Shown: positions 63,182 to 64,000 of the stretch, piece by piece
Layout: each line of letters opens with the position of its first letter
Numbering within the stretch: the stretch's first letter is position 1
Translations under genes and position numbers: made by a program
The notes under the pieces: model-generated
Told to the model about the DNA's origin: nothing
What the model saw: the letters and a program-made list of their open reading frames with translations, nothing else
Database searches by the model: none
Assembly (NCBI GenBank): GCA_963704035.1
Contig: CAVPGR010000004.1
Span: 1,157,174 to 1,221,173 of the forward strand
DNA: 64,000 nt
From: an uncultured Actinomycetes bacterium
Lineage (GTDB): Bacteria > Actinomycetota > Acidimicrobiia > IMCC26256 > JAOSJL01
Direction: 5' to 3'

Positions 63182-64000
63182 TCAAGCCAGAGCGGTCCGC
63201 TCCCGTGGGTCGGTCGTAGCCAGCAGATCCGCCAGGGCGTGCGGGATGGCGTCGGTGACCTCGTGCAGATCGGGCATGGTGTCGGGACAGCTCAGGGCGC
63301 TCACGTACATGCGCTGCGCGTAGCTCCACACGGTGATGTTGAGTCCGATGCCCTCGAGGATCGGGCCGACGGAGTAGATCTCACAGAGGTCGGCGCCGGC
63401 GATGTACAGGGCGTCGGGTGGGCCCGGGACGTTCGACACCACGAGGTTGATCGGCGGATGGTGACGATCAGCCAAGCGGTGAGCCGAGTAACGACCCATG
63501 AACCACGCGAACGGTCCGGGAGGCGTGTACTCCACCCACTCCTGCATCATCGTGGCTCCCAGCATGTTCTGGACCACCTTGGCTTCGGCGGTGACGGCGT
63601 GGATGGCCCCGAGCCGTTCCACGGGGTCGTCGATGTCGGTACGCAGAGAGGTGAAGAGGTTGGACACGCGGTTGCCACCGAGGCGAGCGACGTCGTCGGG
63701 GCGGTCGGTGCTGACCGGGATCCCGGCGACGAGTGAACGTACCGGCAACGCGTGGCGCTTCGACAGGTAGCGACGAAGTGATTCGGCGACGATCCCCAAC
63801 AGGACATCGTTGACGGTCACGCCGACACGGGTCTTCACGGTCTTGACGTCATCGAGCGAGATCGAGGAGGTTGCGAACGACCGGCGGGCGGTGAGCGACG
63901 CGTTGAACGCCGTGTCGGGGGTGTCCTTGATCGGCAACGGGGGCGACAGCGATGTCTCGCGCCGCCGCCTCAGGACCTGACCGACGCTGCGCCATGTCCG
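63182..64000 (-). CDS. Second WS/DGAT paralogue, C-terminal part (5' end lies outside the window)
   Basis: NDVLLGIVAESLRRYL, NLVVSNVPGPPDALYIAGA and GPILEGIGLNITVWSY all parallel the neighbouring gene. The frame stays open to the window edge. Confidence 0.8.
   Translation of the reverse strand, partial: RTWRSVGQVLRRRRETSLSPPLPIKDTPDTAFNASLTARRSFATSSISLDDVKTVKTRVGVTVNDVLLGIVAESLRRYLSKRHALPVRSLVAGIPVSTDRPDDVARLGGNRVSNLFTSLRTDIDDPVERLGAIHAVTAEAKVVQNMLGATMMQEWVEYTPPGPFAWFMGRYSAHRLADRHHPPINLVVSNVPGPPDALYIAGADLCEIYSVGPILEGIGLNITVWSYAQRMYVSALSCPDTMPDLHEVTDAIPHALADLLATTDPRERTALA

Overview
High-GC actinobacterial chromosome segment. This is supported by a BldC-type regulator, WS/DGAT wax-ester synthases, TIGR03086/mycothiol-type DinB proteins, a Glu-Asp-Phe plus Lys tRNA cluster, and frequent GTGA/ATGA overlapping gene junctions.

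Layout:
- 1-17.8 kb (core): clpB 3' end, two membrane proteins, and a near-contiguous purine-biosynthesis block (purA, purD, purB, purC, purS, purQ, purL, purF, purM). The block is interrupted by a basic small protein and a PHP-phosphoesterase/cysC pair, and is followed by a ParA-like ATPase with a coupled zinc-ribbon gene.
- 18-30 kb: bldC-like gene, four tRNAs, YdeI-like and conserved hypothetical genes, RibD_C/DHFR-like gene, ppk2 and trpB2. Then a putative sulfur-trafficking cluster (SQR-like flavoprotein, DsrC/TusE-like, DsrE-like, an internally duplicated membrane protein, a lipoprotein) and a HAPMO-type Baeyer-Villiger monooxygenase.
- 30.3-44.6 kb: looks like an accessory island lying between the C-terminal and N-terminal stubs of one siderophore-interacting-protein gene. 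It holds small TM proteins, DUF429-, NYN- and DUF4268-type nuclease-like genes, a vWA protein, lipoproteins, a second SQR-like flavoprotein, an XRE/NTase pair with a perfect palindromic operator, gene remnants and duplicated genes.
- 44.3-48.3 kb: a 3.7-kb segment (GMC oxidoreductase, esterase, YbaN-like) bracketed by 147-bp direct repeats.
- 48.4-51.4 kb: an FtsX/MacB-type ABC exporter.
- 51.4-56.2 kb: a toxin-antitoxin islet. It contains an AbiEi/AbiEii-like pair plus two mirrored wHTH-NTase/HEPN modules around a DUF4395 operon.
- 56.3-64 kb: envelope and carbohydrate genes, a heavily frame-broken Old Yellow Enzyme gene, and two WS/DGAT genes.

I count about 26 single-nucleotide reading-frame breaks. 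They are distributed very unevenly: 11 in the island, 7 in the OYE gene, and none in about 19 kb of large core genes.

I saw no rRNA, CRISPR array, integrase or transposase. All family names come from motif recognition by eye, not from database searches.
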